Assembly (NCBI GenBank): GCA_051453625.1
Contig: JBOZIK010000001.1
Location: 20,310,832 to 20,356,044, forward strand
Direction: 5' to 3'
Source of the DNA: Welwitschia mirabilis
Lineage: Eukaryota
Length of the DNA: 45,213 bases
Position 1 is the first letter of the stretch. Every line of letters starts with the position of its first letter. Of this stretch, positions 25,784-38,169 are shown one piece after another. The translations under genes were made by a program, and so were the position numbers. The notes under the pieces are model-generated. The model was not told the origin of the DNA. It made no database searches and saw only the letters and a list, made by a program, of their open reading frames with translations.

Positions 25784-27381
25784 AATAATGGAGAGCTAAG
25801 ATGAATGACATAAAATAATGTAATCTTCATTATATTTTATAGCATTTAAAGTAATTTATTATATTTTCTATCTAAAGAAAAATCTTGTAAATAAATAGGC
25901 TAATGTAAGAGATGGAAAAAATCTTTAAAATCCTATCATCAGTCTTATCATCCAAAAAACTATACAGATGATAAAACTACTTAAGCTAAGGAGATATTAA
26001 CTAGATCAATCTAACAGTTNNNNNNNNNNNNNNNNNNNNNNNNNNNNNNNNNNNNNNNNNNNNNNNNNNNNNNNNNNNNNNNNNNNNNNNNNNNNNNNNN
26101 NNNNNNNNNNNNNNNNNNNATTTTCTATCTAAAAAAAAAATCTTGCAAACAAATAGGCTAATGTAAGAGATAGAAAAAATCTCTAAAATCCTATCATCGG
26201 TCTTATCGTCCAAACAACTATACAAATGACAAAACTACTTTAAGCTAAGGAGATATCAACTAGATCAATCTAACAGTTAATGTGGAACTCTTATGAGATG
26301 ACATTATCTTCTATATCATCTAAATGATTAGCAAGACAATACCTAAGATAAACTCTTCATCAAAATTCATCAAACTCTAGCCATTTGCCTCATACTTTCT
26401 TACATGATTATTAGGATTATTCACGTGCCTATTAATCTTATTTGATTTTAGAGGCTATTTTGTAATAAATAACTCCTCCATTCATAACTCTGTTTTCATC
26501 TTCATTTACACTAGAAATTATTGTGATAGAAGATTGAAAGATCATAGGTCCATTCATTATTATTGTAGAGAGATATCTTCCTTGGTGTTAGGTTGTGTAT
26601 CCTTTATTGAGGTACTACTACTTTGTAATACAGATGTTGGTTTGCTTTTATTTAAAACTGTATTTTTATTTTCATAGTTTTTATTTTGTACATGTTTGTT
26701 ATGGTTTATATTGCTTCTGATTCTAGGATAGCTTCTTTAATGATATAGATCATAAGGGAAACCTTTGTTAAGNNNNNNNNNNNNNNNNNNNNNNNNNNNN
26801 NNNNNNNNNNNNNNNNNNNNNNNNNNNNNNNNNNNNNNNNNNNNNNNNNNNNNNNNNNNNNNNNNNNNNNNNGTTTATATTGCTTCTGATTCTAGGATAG
26901 ATTCTTTAATGATATAGATCATAAAGGGAACCTTTGTTAAGATTTATATTGTTAGCTTTTGCATTTCCTTTTTTAAATTAACTTTGCATTAGTTTTATAT
27001 TCTCTTCAACATACTTGATAGCTTAGGTGGGTCTTTATCTAGTGACAGATTTTCTTAATTAATCTAGACTATACAGGGTTAATTGCTATGATAGGTTGAT
27101 TTGGTAATTAAACAAAAGTTGCATTTAGTTTAAACTTGCATTTCATTTGCATAGTGTATTTGTATTATTTTTTGCACTGTTATTTTATTCTACTCCAAGA
27201 ATACATAGTGCTTTGTTTTCAAAATCAATTCTCTTTCTTCTTATCTATTTATTCAATGAGAATATGATATTTAATTACTCCCATCTATATTAGTGTGTCA
27301 TGTTCTGCAAAATTTATATATATTTGTGATTGACAGGATCTGCTTGATAATGTAATACTTGTACAAATATACTCTGCAATA
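25784..27381 (+). repeat. Element B 3' LTR (start hidden in gap; two gap-associated duplications inside)
   Basis: Direct repeat of 720-1622; ends ...CTGCAATA followed by the TSD. Confidence 0.85.
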
Positions 27382-27386
27382 GTCCT
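27382..27386 (+). repeat. Right target-site duplication of element B (GTCCT)
   Basis: Identical to 626-630. Confidence 0.8.
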
Positions 27387-27794
27387 ATGGCACCTTGTTT
27401 GGTTTAGTATAAATGTCTTCAATGAAGTAGATGTCTTTCATTAATTAATGCAGTATAAACGTCTTCTATAGATTATATGTTTTTTAGCTATCTCAACTTT
27501 AGGTTTAGGCTAGACATCTTCATTATTGTAGATATCTTTCTCATAGACATCTTCAACCTTGTAGCCTCTTTAATTAACTTGTTTATTCTCCATGAATTTT
27601 GAGCTAAAACTTTTGTGATCTCGAGATTTATATGAATATCTTTTTTTTTTTTTNNNNNNNNNNNNNNNNNNNNNNNNNNNNNNNNNNNNNNNNNNNNNNN
27701 NNNNNNNNNNNNNNNNNNNNNNNNNNNNNNNNNNNNNNNNNNNNNNNNNNNNNNNNNNNNNNNNAGAATAGTCAAAACTGGCATTTTTCCAATA
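27387..27794 (-). repeat. Proximal part of element A 3' LTR
   Basis: Minus-strand start TATTGGAAAAATGCCAGTTTTGAC resembles E LTR start TGTTGGTAAATCTAGTTTTGAT. 27387-27430 matches the reverse complement of ~35900-35955. Confidence 0.8.
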
Positions 27795-27796
27795 AT

Positions 27797-27812
27797 ATCT
27801 GCCCTCTTTTAA
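27797..27812 (-). promoter_or_regulatory. Polypurine tract of element A (second upstream copy at ~28156-28172)
   Basis: Minus strand AAAAGAGGGCAGAT next to the LTR and AAAAGAGGAGAAGATG upstream; decayed SIRE multi-PPT signature AAAAAGGGGGAG. Confidence 0.7.
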
Positions 27813-28229
27813 TAATGTCCAAAACTTGACAAATCTTATTAGTATAAGCATTTACAATCTTACTTGAGATAGCAAAATCCAAAAATAAATCATAGATATA
27901 TTACATGAGTGCATTTAAAATTGTAAGAACATAGAAAAACTTCAAGATAGTAAAATCAATGTAGTTCTAATATTGAATTATTAAGGGCATGATAAAAATG
28001 TATCATGATTTATACTAAAATACAAAGTTAGAGTTTAGTGAAAAAGAAAGAAATTGATAGATAATAAAAACATCAAGACATGTATGCCAAAATATATGAG
28101 TAACTATTAACCAAAATGTTACTTGAAGCATGTCCAATTACTTATCTCAAATCCACATCTTCTCCTCTTTTAGATAGCATAAGAAGAACTAATCATTAAG
28201 ATCTAAATCATTAATGTAGTAAGATCTAT

Positions 28230-29720
28230 TCCCAGCATCCACTATCTTCATTACTATCTTAGGTAATGGAACTAATAAAAATACTAGTTATGGTAATCTT
28301 AACAAAATCGAGTACAGAGGATGAAGCTACGTTGAGTGATGATGCATGAATGAAAAGTGATTGTGGTGATGATGATGAAAGAAGGTGAGGTGTTAATGGT
28401 ATATAAGGTGGTGAAGGTGGTTGTATAGGATTGTGAATAAAAATCTCATAGTGAGACCTATAAGAAATAAGGGCTCATCATTTGAGCTCTCTGATTTTAC
28501 CTACTGTTCCTCCTGAGCCTATGATAAATCTTGATGCTTTCCTTAAATATGTGACTTATCCTTTGTTGTATCTAAAGTATTTGGTGCATTTAAATCTTTT
28601 GCCTTACCTAAATCATAGCCCATAGCATAGGGTGCTGAGTCTCCTCTACTTAAAACTCCTCCTCTAAATCTAACAATGTGAAAGTTCCCATAGATTCCCA
28701 ACTACCTATAAGTGCCTCCCTTGCACTGGCTACATACCTATGCTTCTTCAACCTTAATAAATTGTTATTAATATTTCCTACAATTTTTGCAATTTCCTTG
28801 AGATCCTTCTTAATGGATGAGGAATTATGAGTAGCTATAAAATCGAATCTCTAAAATTGTGCCTTCAAAGATCTTCTACATATGCCTTTCCATACTTGAA
28901 CTAGTGCATACTTATTTTTGCTAAACTCTAAAAGTGGATTTCTTGGTCAAATGAGATTAATTTATGAAACTGTGATACTAGCACTGCTAATGATAAGGCT
29001 AATTAGACATAGATGGTCCAAAGTCTAATTCTTATGAAATAAGGTAATGAAATCCATGCATGACATAAAACCAAGATTAATTTTGACCTTTGTAAGTAGG
29101 CAGTACACTACAAACATTTTCATAGGATTATAATAACTATAGCTACATCCTCATACTATAATATTATAAAATGAAATTAAGCTCAAAATAGAGGCATCTA
29201 ATGCTATGTATTTTCATTTAAAATTCTCATAAAAGGCTAGTTTTACACTTCTGAAAATAATAGTGCTTAAAGTATGTATTAAAACTTTAACTATTTGACA
29301 TGTGAAAATTTCCTTAAAAGAATGCATGTAACAATAGAAGATTTGAATCATTAGTGCCAGGTATATTATTAAGAAAATTAGAAGTTAAAAAGAGAGATGT
29401 ACCTCATGCTTGCATCTGAAATGTACCAGTAGAATCATCTATCTTATGAAAATTATCATAGAACTCACAAACCACTAGAATTAAAATGCTCTACTTTGAC
29501 TAAAATGATCATGTTCTAATCAAGATAAAAAAATTATCTTTATAATTAATCTCTTCTATGTTTCTTAAATTCAAGAGTTCTTTTTATTATGAAGTTTGTA
29601 GTCCAAGTTTTAAATCTTTTTTTTGCTAATTCATGATAAAATAGAGGTTGATACTAAGATCTTTGTGATTCATGAGTAGGTTCCTTTTATTTAGAAGCTC
29701 TAAAGGGCATTATCCTCATT
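28230..29720 (-). pseudogene. Element A env-like 3' ORF remnant
   Basis: YQPLFYHELAKKRFKTW...KRTLEFKK...LVVCEFYDNF; collinear with E's 3' ORF; Pro/Ser-rich tail; boundaries approximate. Confidence 0.65.
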
Positions 29721-30519
29721 ATTTCAAAGAAAAATAATTGAAAAAAGCTAAATCTAATAAAAAACATTTCAAAGAACTACAACATAAGCATTTGTAAAGA
29801 ATGGCATGTGATATACTTACTATGAAGATGTTTTTCAAATCAAAGACATTTATGCTAAGAGATTTAAGAAAAAGAAAGCTTTTGAATACTTTAATGGGGA
29901 CACCTCCTGGGTAGGGGAGTGAAAATAAGGGTTGGTAATTCCTTTCTTACTTAAAAAGGTCTTGAAACCCTAGTTTTTAGTACATTTATTATTCTTGATT
30001 TACTACATCAGAGATGTCTATACTTTTAAATATGTCTAAGATGATAAAAATGGATGTCTACATGTTTCAAAAATGTTTGCTAATAAATATTTTAAACAAT
30101 TATCTAGTCATAACAAAGATGTCTACTAAACAAAGATGTCTATGTTAAAAAATAAATTACACATTTACCTTTGTAAATATCTCTATACTAGTCTTTGGAT
30201 ACTTAAGAGTCAAAGATATCAGTAGAATTCAAAAATGTTTATGTAATAGATGTCTGCAAATTAAAGACGTCTTCATCTCAGATGTCTATAGCCTTAAGGA
30301 CATCTCCTTACAATAATAAAAACTTTCAGACCTTCCATTATTAACATCATTATTAGATGTTATAACTTAAAATTAACATTAGTAATATTAATAATAAAAA
30401 AATGCTACTGTTAATTACATGATATAACTTCTAAAATATATAGCTAACATCTCAACTCATTAAAAAAATCATAATTAAGATGCTTAGTTAAGATTCAAGA
30501 GGGATTACCTATAGACTTA

Positions 30520-33500
30520 TCTAATCAGATAAGTCCTAATCCCTAAGTTTTGACATAGTTTGATAAAATTGTCTTTTATTAATGAATTGGTGAAAATATC
30601 AGCAAGTTGCTCATCTATTTTGATAAAATCTAAAGTGATGTCTTTATTTTACACATGTTCTCTAAGAACTTGATATTTGATTTTAATGTGCTTGATTCTA
30701 GCATGTTGAATAGGATTCTTAAAGATGTTGATAGCACTCTTATTGTTATAATAAACTAGAATGATTTTCATTTCAAGTTTAAAGTTCTTTAATATTTACT
30801 TCATCTAGATTATTTGAGAATAAAAACTTCTTATAATGATGTACTTCACTTTGACAGTTAAGAAAGTAGTTGAATTTTGCTTCTTGCTACTCCATGACAT
30901 CAAGCATTTCCCTGGCAATTAGCAACTACCACTATTTTTTCTCCTATCATTCTTACAACCTACTTAGTCTACATCATAATACCAAATTAGATCAAGGCAT
31001 GAGTCCTTTAAATACCAAAGTTTCCAATTAGTAGTACCTTTCAAATAATAAAATATTCTTTTAATAATAATAAGATGTGATTCTGTAGGATTACTTTAAT
31101 AGTAAGCATAAATCCCTATGCTTAATTTAATATCTAGTCTATTATCTATAAAATATAATAAACTACCAATCATACATCTATATAGATTTTGCTCAACTTT
31201 CTTACAATTTTCATCCTAGTCTAGTTTTATGCTTTAGTTCATTGGAGTATCTTTTTTCTTACAATCCTATAAACCATACTTTTTAAATATATTTTTGATG
31301 TATTTAGATTATAAAACAAAAGTATCTTATGTGTGTTACATAATTTGTAAGCCTAAGAAGTTGCTCATTTCTCCCATGAGGTTTATTTCAAATTCATATT
31401 ACATAATCTTTACAAGCTTATTATATAATGATTCATTAGTAGCACCAAGTATGATATCATCTATATATATTTTCATCATAGTAAAATCTTTACTGTCTAT
31501 TTTGATAAATAAAGTAATATTAGATATATCTCTTTTAAATCCATTTTCTATTAACTATTCTAAAAGTCTCTTATATCAAGTTATAGGTACTTGATTAAGA
31601 TCATAAAGAGCCTTTTTCAACTTGTAAACATATTCTAACTTATGAAAATCAATAAATTATTTAGGTTTTTCAACCTATACATCTTCTTGAAGAACTCCAT
31701 TTCAGAAGGCACTTTTGATATCTATATAATAAAGCTTAAATCCTTTGACATATTTGAAGGCCAAAAGTATCCTAATCAATTCCATACATAGCACAAGAGC
31801 AAAGGCTTCTTCAAAATCAATTCCTTCTTATTGATTGNNNNNNNNNNNNNNNNNNNNNNNNNNNNNNNNNNNNNNNNNNNNNNNNNNNNNNNNNNNNNNN
31901 NNNNNNNNNNNNNNNNNNNNNNNNNNNNNNNNNNNNNCCTTCTTATTGATTGTAACCTTTTTCTACTAATATTGCTTTATTTCTAATTACATTATCATTT
32001 TCATCTATTTTATTTCTAAAAATCCATTTTATTCCCATTACTCATCTATAAAAGGGTCTTGGAGTGATTTCTCAAACTTTAGATCTTTCAAACTAGTTTA
32101 ACTCCTCTTACATTGCTAGCATTCAATGCTCATCACTTTTTGCTTCCCTAAAGTTTTTGAGTTCTACTTGTGAAATGTAAGCTACAAATTCATAAAACTC
32201 CTTAATATGAATTTATATTTAAATTCCACCATAATGACTATCAATAATGTTGCTAATTGAGTGATTCTTTAGTCTAATCATATTTGATGAGGCTTACCTT
32301 TTAAATTCTTCTTCCTTCTTCTTATCACTATCTAATTGTGCTTGAGGATTATTAGATGGTTGTTCAAGTTGTACTGATATATAATCATCCTGAACACAAA
32401 TAGAAGTTGAGTTATTATCATATATTTTAACATTAATAATTTCCTCTCCTATAGATATTCTATTGTTAAATACTAGGTAGGCTTTATTAACCATAGAATA
32501 ACCTAAAAGGTACTATTATCAACTTTTAAGTTGAATTTTATAAGCTTATATTTTTCATTTAAGATGGAAAATTTGAAATAAAAAACATGAAAATAAATTA
32601 CTTAGGGATTCTTACTAGACTAGAGTTCATATAAAGTTTTAGAAGTAGAGTATATTATTAGAACTTAATTAGAAACATAGCAAGCATTAATGGCTTTTTC
32701 TTAAAAATGATAAGGAATCTATTAATTGTGCATCATTGTTCTTACCATTTCATTTAGTACCTAGTTCATTTTTAAGCTACTCCATTCTATTGTGGCATTC
32801 TTAAAGCAGGGACTCAATGATGAATGTCAAAATGTCTACAAAATTCTCTAAATCTTGCATTCTTTAATATAGTGCTATTGTTGCTCCTTATTGTCTTAAT
32901 TATGTATCATTTCTGATTTTGTAACCTCACACAACTTAGAAAAGACATCAAAGGTCTTATTCTTATGTGCAAGAAAGGCCACTCATATGAAAAAAGAATA
33001 ATAATTAACAATAGTTAAGTAATATATTTTCTTACTAGGACTTTTAGTAGGACATCAAGAAATAATATCAAGGTGTATAAGATCTAATAAACATTTCATA
33101 GTAATAGACTTATTACCAAACGTTTCCCTTATTTGCTTTCTTTTCTGGCAAGCTTTACACACCTGGTTATCAAAATTTTACAACTTGAAAAGTTCTCTTA
33201 CCCTATTTTTTGAGGATAAAGTCTTTACTAGGCCCTTTCTCACATGCTTAAGCTTTCTATGCCACAACTTTACTTTACCTGTAATGCTTAATGAATACTT
33301 GATGCCTTTGTTAGAAATGTCTTATAAGGTAGTAATATAAACATTTTATTTTCTACTTTTAGTAAATAAAACTTTATTTGAATTATACTCTTTTATGATA
33401 CAATCTTATTTAGTAAATTTTATAGAGAAATTTATGTTAGACAATTAACTAACACTAAGTAAATTATGTTATAAACTTTCTATATAAAATACATCATTTA

Positions 33501-33670
33501 CCTCAAGAAGATAACCTCCTCTAATGGTTCCAATACCTTTAATGAAAGCTTCATGTTATCATCAAACATGACCAACCCTTTGTCTTACTTAATTCAAAAA
33601 GTAAAATTTAATTTTTTACTAGTTACATGTCTTGAACATTCACTATTAGTACATCAAACATGTCTCTTCA
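30520..33670 (-). pseudogene. pol: Element A pol remnant (PR, INT, RT, RNase H)
   Basis: Copia motifs on minus strand: *CTNSECSRHVTS (PR), LWHRKLKH, LGYSMVNKAYLVFN, EGIDFEEAFALV, DIKSAF, YKLKKALY, YIDDIILGA, IQHARIKHI, ADIFT. Confidence 0.92.
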
Positions 33671-33679
33671 TAGTACATA

Positions 33680-35375
33680 ATGTAATCTGACCTAAGAGAG
33701 TTAGCCTTGATTTTGGTATCCATACCTTCTTTGGTTTTATGTGTCTAAAATGTTATACCATTCTTCTTAACCTCTTGGAACTATTAACATAGTATCTAGT
33801 ATTGAACTTAAATGGATAGCAAAATTGATAATGATTATGTTTATAACACTAGTAACAGGTAATATTATTAATATAAGCTAAAGGCTCATACCTTGGCTTG
33901 TATTTTCATTTGTTAAATAATGACATTGAAGTACTAGTGGAGGCTTTATTGTATCCTAAGCCACTTTTATCATTTGCACTCCTGTAATGTTGAAGGATGA
34001 TATTTAAGTTCTTCTTCCCTTGGGTAAATTTTTATTGATCCTATTAGCATTAGAAAGTTTTTATTTAATATTCTTAAATTCATATATTATCTTGCTAATT
34101 TTAACTTTAAGAGCCTAGTTTTTAGAGGATAATCTATTACATTAGCCCTTTTCTTATTCATATGCTAGTACATAATATAAAGTAATTTTTTCACCTTGGA
34201 ACATATGTTTTGCAACTTAATGAACTGGTTTAAAATTAATTCATATCTCTATTAAAGTTTCATACGTGTTTTCTCTTTACTTTTTGACTTTGATCATTTT
34301 TCTTCTTCTTAATGATTACTTTGATTGTGGATGATGGCCATGTAGGATGGATAATCTCTTCTGTCTTCTAAGGTTAATTACATCTTCATCATCATCATAA
34401 CCTATGAAGAGTAATTTCTCTCTCTTAGGATCTTTCTTTTGTACTCTTCCTTGTAATTGGTTAGAGCCAGGATAGTCTGAGGCTCTATGTCCTCCTCTAA
34501 AAACATAACATTCTAATTTAGATATATCATTATTAAAATAGACAAAATAAATAGTATAATATTTACCTTTGGACTTACCACTAGCTTGAAATTTTGATGG
34601 TTTTCTATGGTTCTCTTTCCTATGGCTATTTCATGGGAAAAAAAACTTCTTAACTTGATTAATCTAAAACTTCTTTTTTTTAAGCTTTGAAATATTTTCT
34701 TGAGTTAAGGAGCTTCTTCTTGAAATACCATCTTGAATGAGATTCATCTTGTAAGTCATTAAGGAACTTTGTAATTCCTTAATTTTCATTGTGTTAAAAT
34801 CTCTTGATTCTTTTATTATACTTGTTTTTGTTCTCTATGATAGAGTTAAGGATTTGAGTACTCTTTGAATTTCCTTATCATTTGAAAGATTTTCATCAAT
34901 GCCACATATGTCATTTACAATGTTTTTAAGCTTTATAAAGTATTCATGTACTTTCTCTTCATTTTTCATCTTCAAGTTTTCAAACTTATTAGTCTAAATT
35001 AGAATCTTTAATTACTTGATAATTTACATTCATTCATATGTTCTAACCATGAGGTTTCATATCTCTTATGCATTTTTTCATATAGCTATCTAGTGAAATT
35101 CGTTCATAGTAAGGGCTGAGTAGAGAGAACTTTTTGCCTTTAAGTTATACATGAAGGCTACCTTTTCTTTATCTTTCTAGTACCTTCTAGATTTGATATG
35201 AGTAATGAAGTTTCCTACAATATCTAATGGTTTTTGTAGGCTCTAAATATCCATCTTTAATGCTTTTCCAAACCTGAATCTCAAAAGACTGTGATTATGC
35301 ATGCATCCTTATCTTTTAATAAGCATAATTTGTTCCATTAAAGGATGGATGTCTAATGGATGGCATTCCTTACAT
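33680..35375 (-). pseudogene. gag: Element A gag remnant
   Basis: SIRHPSFNGTNYAY*KIRM N-terminus, UBN2-like core (IQRVLKSLT...KESRDFNTMK), two decayed zinc knuckles (~34470-34510, ~33820-33860) as in SIRE gag. Confidence 0.85.
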
Positions 35376-35413
35376 AGTTTACTTAAGGATGTTACTCCTT
35401 TTTATAACTATCC

Positions 35414-35425
35414 ACTTTGATACCA
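35414..35425 (-). promoter_or_regulatory. Primer binding site, tRNA-iMet, decayed (element A)
   Basis: Minus strand TGGTATCAAAGT vs TGGTATCAGAGC, just upstream of gag. Confidence 0.85.
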
Positions 35426-35427
35426 CT

Positions 35428-35584
35428 TTAGAATTATTAAACTTAAATTAAAAACAAATAAAATTCACAATGAATACCTTATTAATTTAAGATGGTTTCC
35501 CAACTTGGATACATCCATACTCAAAGGGTAGCTTTTGTTCATACTTTTGGATTTTTAACCTATAAAAAAAGTGGTTGTGAAGCA
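35428..35584 (-). repeat. Element A 5' LTR, 3' ~155 bp only (interrupted by element E)
   Basis: Reverse complement aligns with 37940-38120 (aaagtatga..aagctaccct..tggat..gttggg.aaccat). Confidence 0.8.
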
Positions 35585-38120
35585 TGTTGGTAAATCTAGT
35601 TTTGATGATTTCACTTGTCAAATATTTTGCATCTTTGTATGGCTAGGTTAATGTAAAGAAAATTAGATCATAAATAGCATAAGTTGATACATTCAAAAAA
35701 GTATTTCGTGAAAAGTTAGTTGACTGAAGACACCTATAGAATGAAAGATGTCTATGATAAAGAAATCTAAACTCTTAAAGACATCTATGGTAAAGACATT
35801 TATAGCTTAAAGATGTATATGATGTACTAGATTTTAAGCCATAAGTTAAAGACAACTATCCGAACAAAGATTACTATGCTAAAAGATGAATCTAACATAG
35901 ATGAAAGACATCTAAATGCGTGAAGACGTCTATGCTAAACTAGAATAGGTAATAGAGTCATTTTATATTTTAATAAATATTTTACTTTCTAGGTAAGCTA
36001 TCAAGGTTTACATTACGGATTCATGATCATGGAGAACTAGATATTATACAATTTAATTTTTTTCAAGTTCTAAGCACTTTGGATGAAGATGTTTACCAAG
36101 TGAATATGTCTGACTATTAGTAGACATCTACAATTTTAAAGATATCATGGATCAAGATTCAAGTTAAATTAAAAAGAAGATGTATGCTGATGGTTGGATG
36201 CTCCTATCTGTTGCATGGTAGTTACAAAGTTTAAATAACTACTATTCAAGGTCAAATAGCTATAATCTCTCAAACAATATAAAGGCATAACATGACAGAA
36301 TAGAACAAAAGCATCTAAGGCATATAATGATCAAATTAAGAATGAAGGAAATAAATGCATAAGTAATTAAAACTAATTACAAAGGATTAAAGCTATCATT
36401 TAAAAGGAACTTTCAGTGTCTACATCATTTGTTTTCTTGGATCCTAAGTCATTGCATCATTCTATAGTACTTGTAATAATGACAATTAGAAGGAAACTCA
36501 AGCTCTCTTAAAAGCTATATCATTTAAGCTTATTGTTATATATGTTTGTTAGATCATTGCATAGTTCATTCTTATTTTATTAAATCTCAAGGATCCCTTA
36601 CTAGGGTTTCTTATTGTAAAGTAACTTTTGTATAGGTGTGCTTNNNNNNNNNNNNNNNNNNNNNNNNNNNNNNNNNNNNNNNNNNNNNNNNNNNNNNNNN
36701 NNNNNNNNNNNNNNNNNNNNNNNNNNNNNNNNNNNNNNNNNNNNNNATGATCTTATTTTCCTGAGGGGAAAGTTTGATGTCTTATAAGGAGCATCTCACT
36801 TTGTGATTATGTTTGTAAGCACATTATTAGTTTTCCTTGAGGGGAAGAGAATGCTACATTGCAAGGAGACTCATATTATTATAAGATTGGTGATGACTTA
36901 AAACCAATATTCTTTGTAAGTTAAGAATATCCAAAGTATGAGAGGAAGCTACCCTCTGTGTGTGGATTTACTTAGGTTGGGGAACCATATTATCTTGGTA
37001 AGGTATGTATTATACTACCTTTTTAATTTATTATTGGTGAAATTTTNNNNNNNNNNNNNNNNNNNNNNNNNNNNNNNNNNNNNNNNNNNNNNNNNNNNNN
37101 NNNNNNNNNNNNNNNNNNNNNNNNNNNNNNNNNNNNNNNNNNNNNNNNNNNNNNNNNNNNNNNNNNNNNNNNNNNNNNNNNNNNNNNNNNNNNNNNNNNN
37201 NNNNNNNNNNNNNNNNNNNNNNNNNNNNNNNNNNNNNNNNNNNNNNNNNNNNNNNNNNNNNNNNNNNNNNNNNNNNNNNNNNNNNNNNNNNNNNNNNNNN
37301 NNNNNNNNNNNNNNNNNNNNNNNNNNNNNNNNNNNNNNNNNNNNNNNNNNNNNNNNNNNNNNNNNNNNNNNNNNNNNNNNNNNNNNNNNNNNNNNNNNNN
37401 NNNNNNNNNNNNNNNNNNNNNNNNNNNNNNNNNNNNNNNNNNNNNNNNNNNNNNNNNNNNNNNNNNNNNNNNNNNNNNNNNNNNNNNNNNNNNNNNNNNN
37501 NNNNNNNNNNNNNNNNNNNNNNNNNNNNNNNNNNNNNNNNNNNNNNNNNNNNNNNNNNNNNNNNNNNNNNNNNNNNNNNNNNNNNNNNNNNNNNNNNNNN
37601 NNNNNNNNNNNNNNNNNNNNNNNNNNNNNNNNNNNNNNNNNNNNNNNNNNNNNNNNNNNNNNNNNNNNNNNNNNNNNNNNNNNNNNNNNNNNNNNNNNNN
37701 NNNNNNNNNNNNNNNNNNNNNNNNNNNNNNNNNNNNNNNNNNNNNNNNNNNNNNNNNNNNNNNNNNNNNNNNNNNNNNNNNNNNNNNNNNNNNNNNNNNN
37801 NNNNNNNNNNNNNNNNNNNNNNNNNNNNNNNNNNNNNNNNNNNNNNNNNNNNNNNNNNNNNNNNNNNNNNNNNNNNNNNNNNNNNNNNNNNNNNNNNNNN
37901 NNNNNNNNNNNNGGTGATGACTTAAAACCAAGATTCTTTGTAAGTTAAGAATATCCAAAGTATGAGAGGAAGCTACCCTCTGTGTGTGGATTAACTTAGG
38001 TTGGGGAACCATATTATCTTGGTAAGGTATGTATTAAACTACCTTTTTAATTTATTATTGGTGAAATTTTTTATTTCATAGAACTCATTCAACCCTTCCC
38101 TCTAAGTTCAACAATCCTCA
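35585..38120 (+). repeat. Element E 5' LTR (inflated by gaps and a duplicated flank)
   Basis: TG start with GTTTTGATGAT motif; ATTCAACCCTTCCCTCT U5 motif at ~38088; CA end before the PBS. Confidence 0.8.
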
Positions 38121-38122
38121 AG

Positions 38123-38134
38123 TGGTATTGGAGC
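38123..38134 (+). promoter_or_regulatory. Primer binding site, tRNA-iMet type (element E)
   Basis: TGGTATTGGAGC after a 2-nt spacer from the LTR end. Confidence 0.85.
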
Positions 38135-38169
38135 AGGTACTTACAAAAAGGAGTAACTTCCCTGAGTGA

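Larger units (their letters stand above)
631..27381 (+). mobile_element. Element B: degenerate Athila-type Ty3/gypsy LTR retrotransposon with env-like 3' ORF, carrying nested elements C and D
   Basis: Paired LTRs (720-1622 aligns with 25786-27128), 5-bp TSD, gypsy domain order gag-PR-RT-RH-INT, Athila-like RT and INT motifs, REFY-type 3' ORF at 23370-24620. Confidence 0.85.
1..35584 (-). mobile_element. Element A: degenerate SIRE/Maximus Ty1/copia LTR retrotransposon; host of the nest, extends beyond window start
   Basis: Minus-strand order: 5' LTR remnant (35428-35584), iMet PBS, gag, PR-INT-RT-RH, extra 3' ORF, two PPT-like tracts, then a 3' LTR starting at 27794. That LTR is split by element B and resumes at 625..1. 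LTR pieces align with the reverse complement of element E's LTR. Confidence 0.85.

Noticed and set aside
31295..31594. 99 aa plus-strand ORF, and likewise the 103 aa minus-strand ORF at 38915-39226
   Set aside because: Antisense shadows of copia RT and protease remnants.
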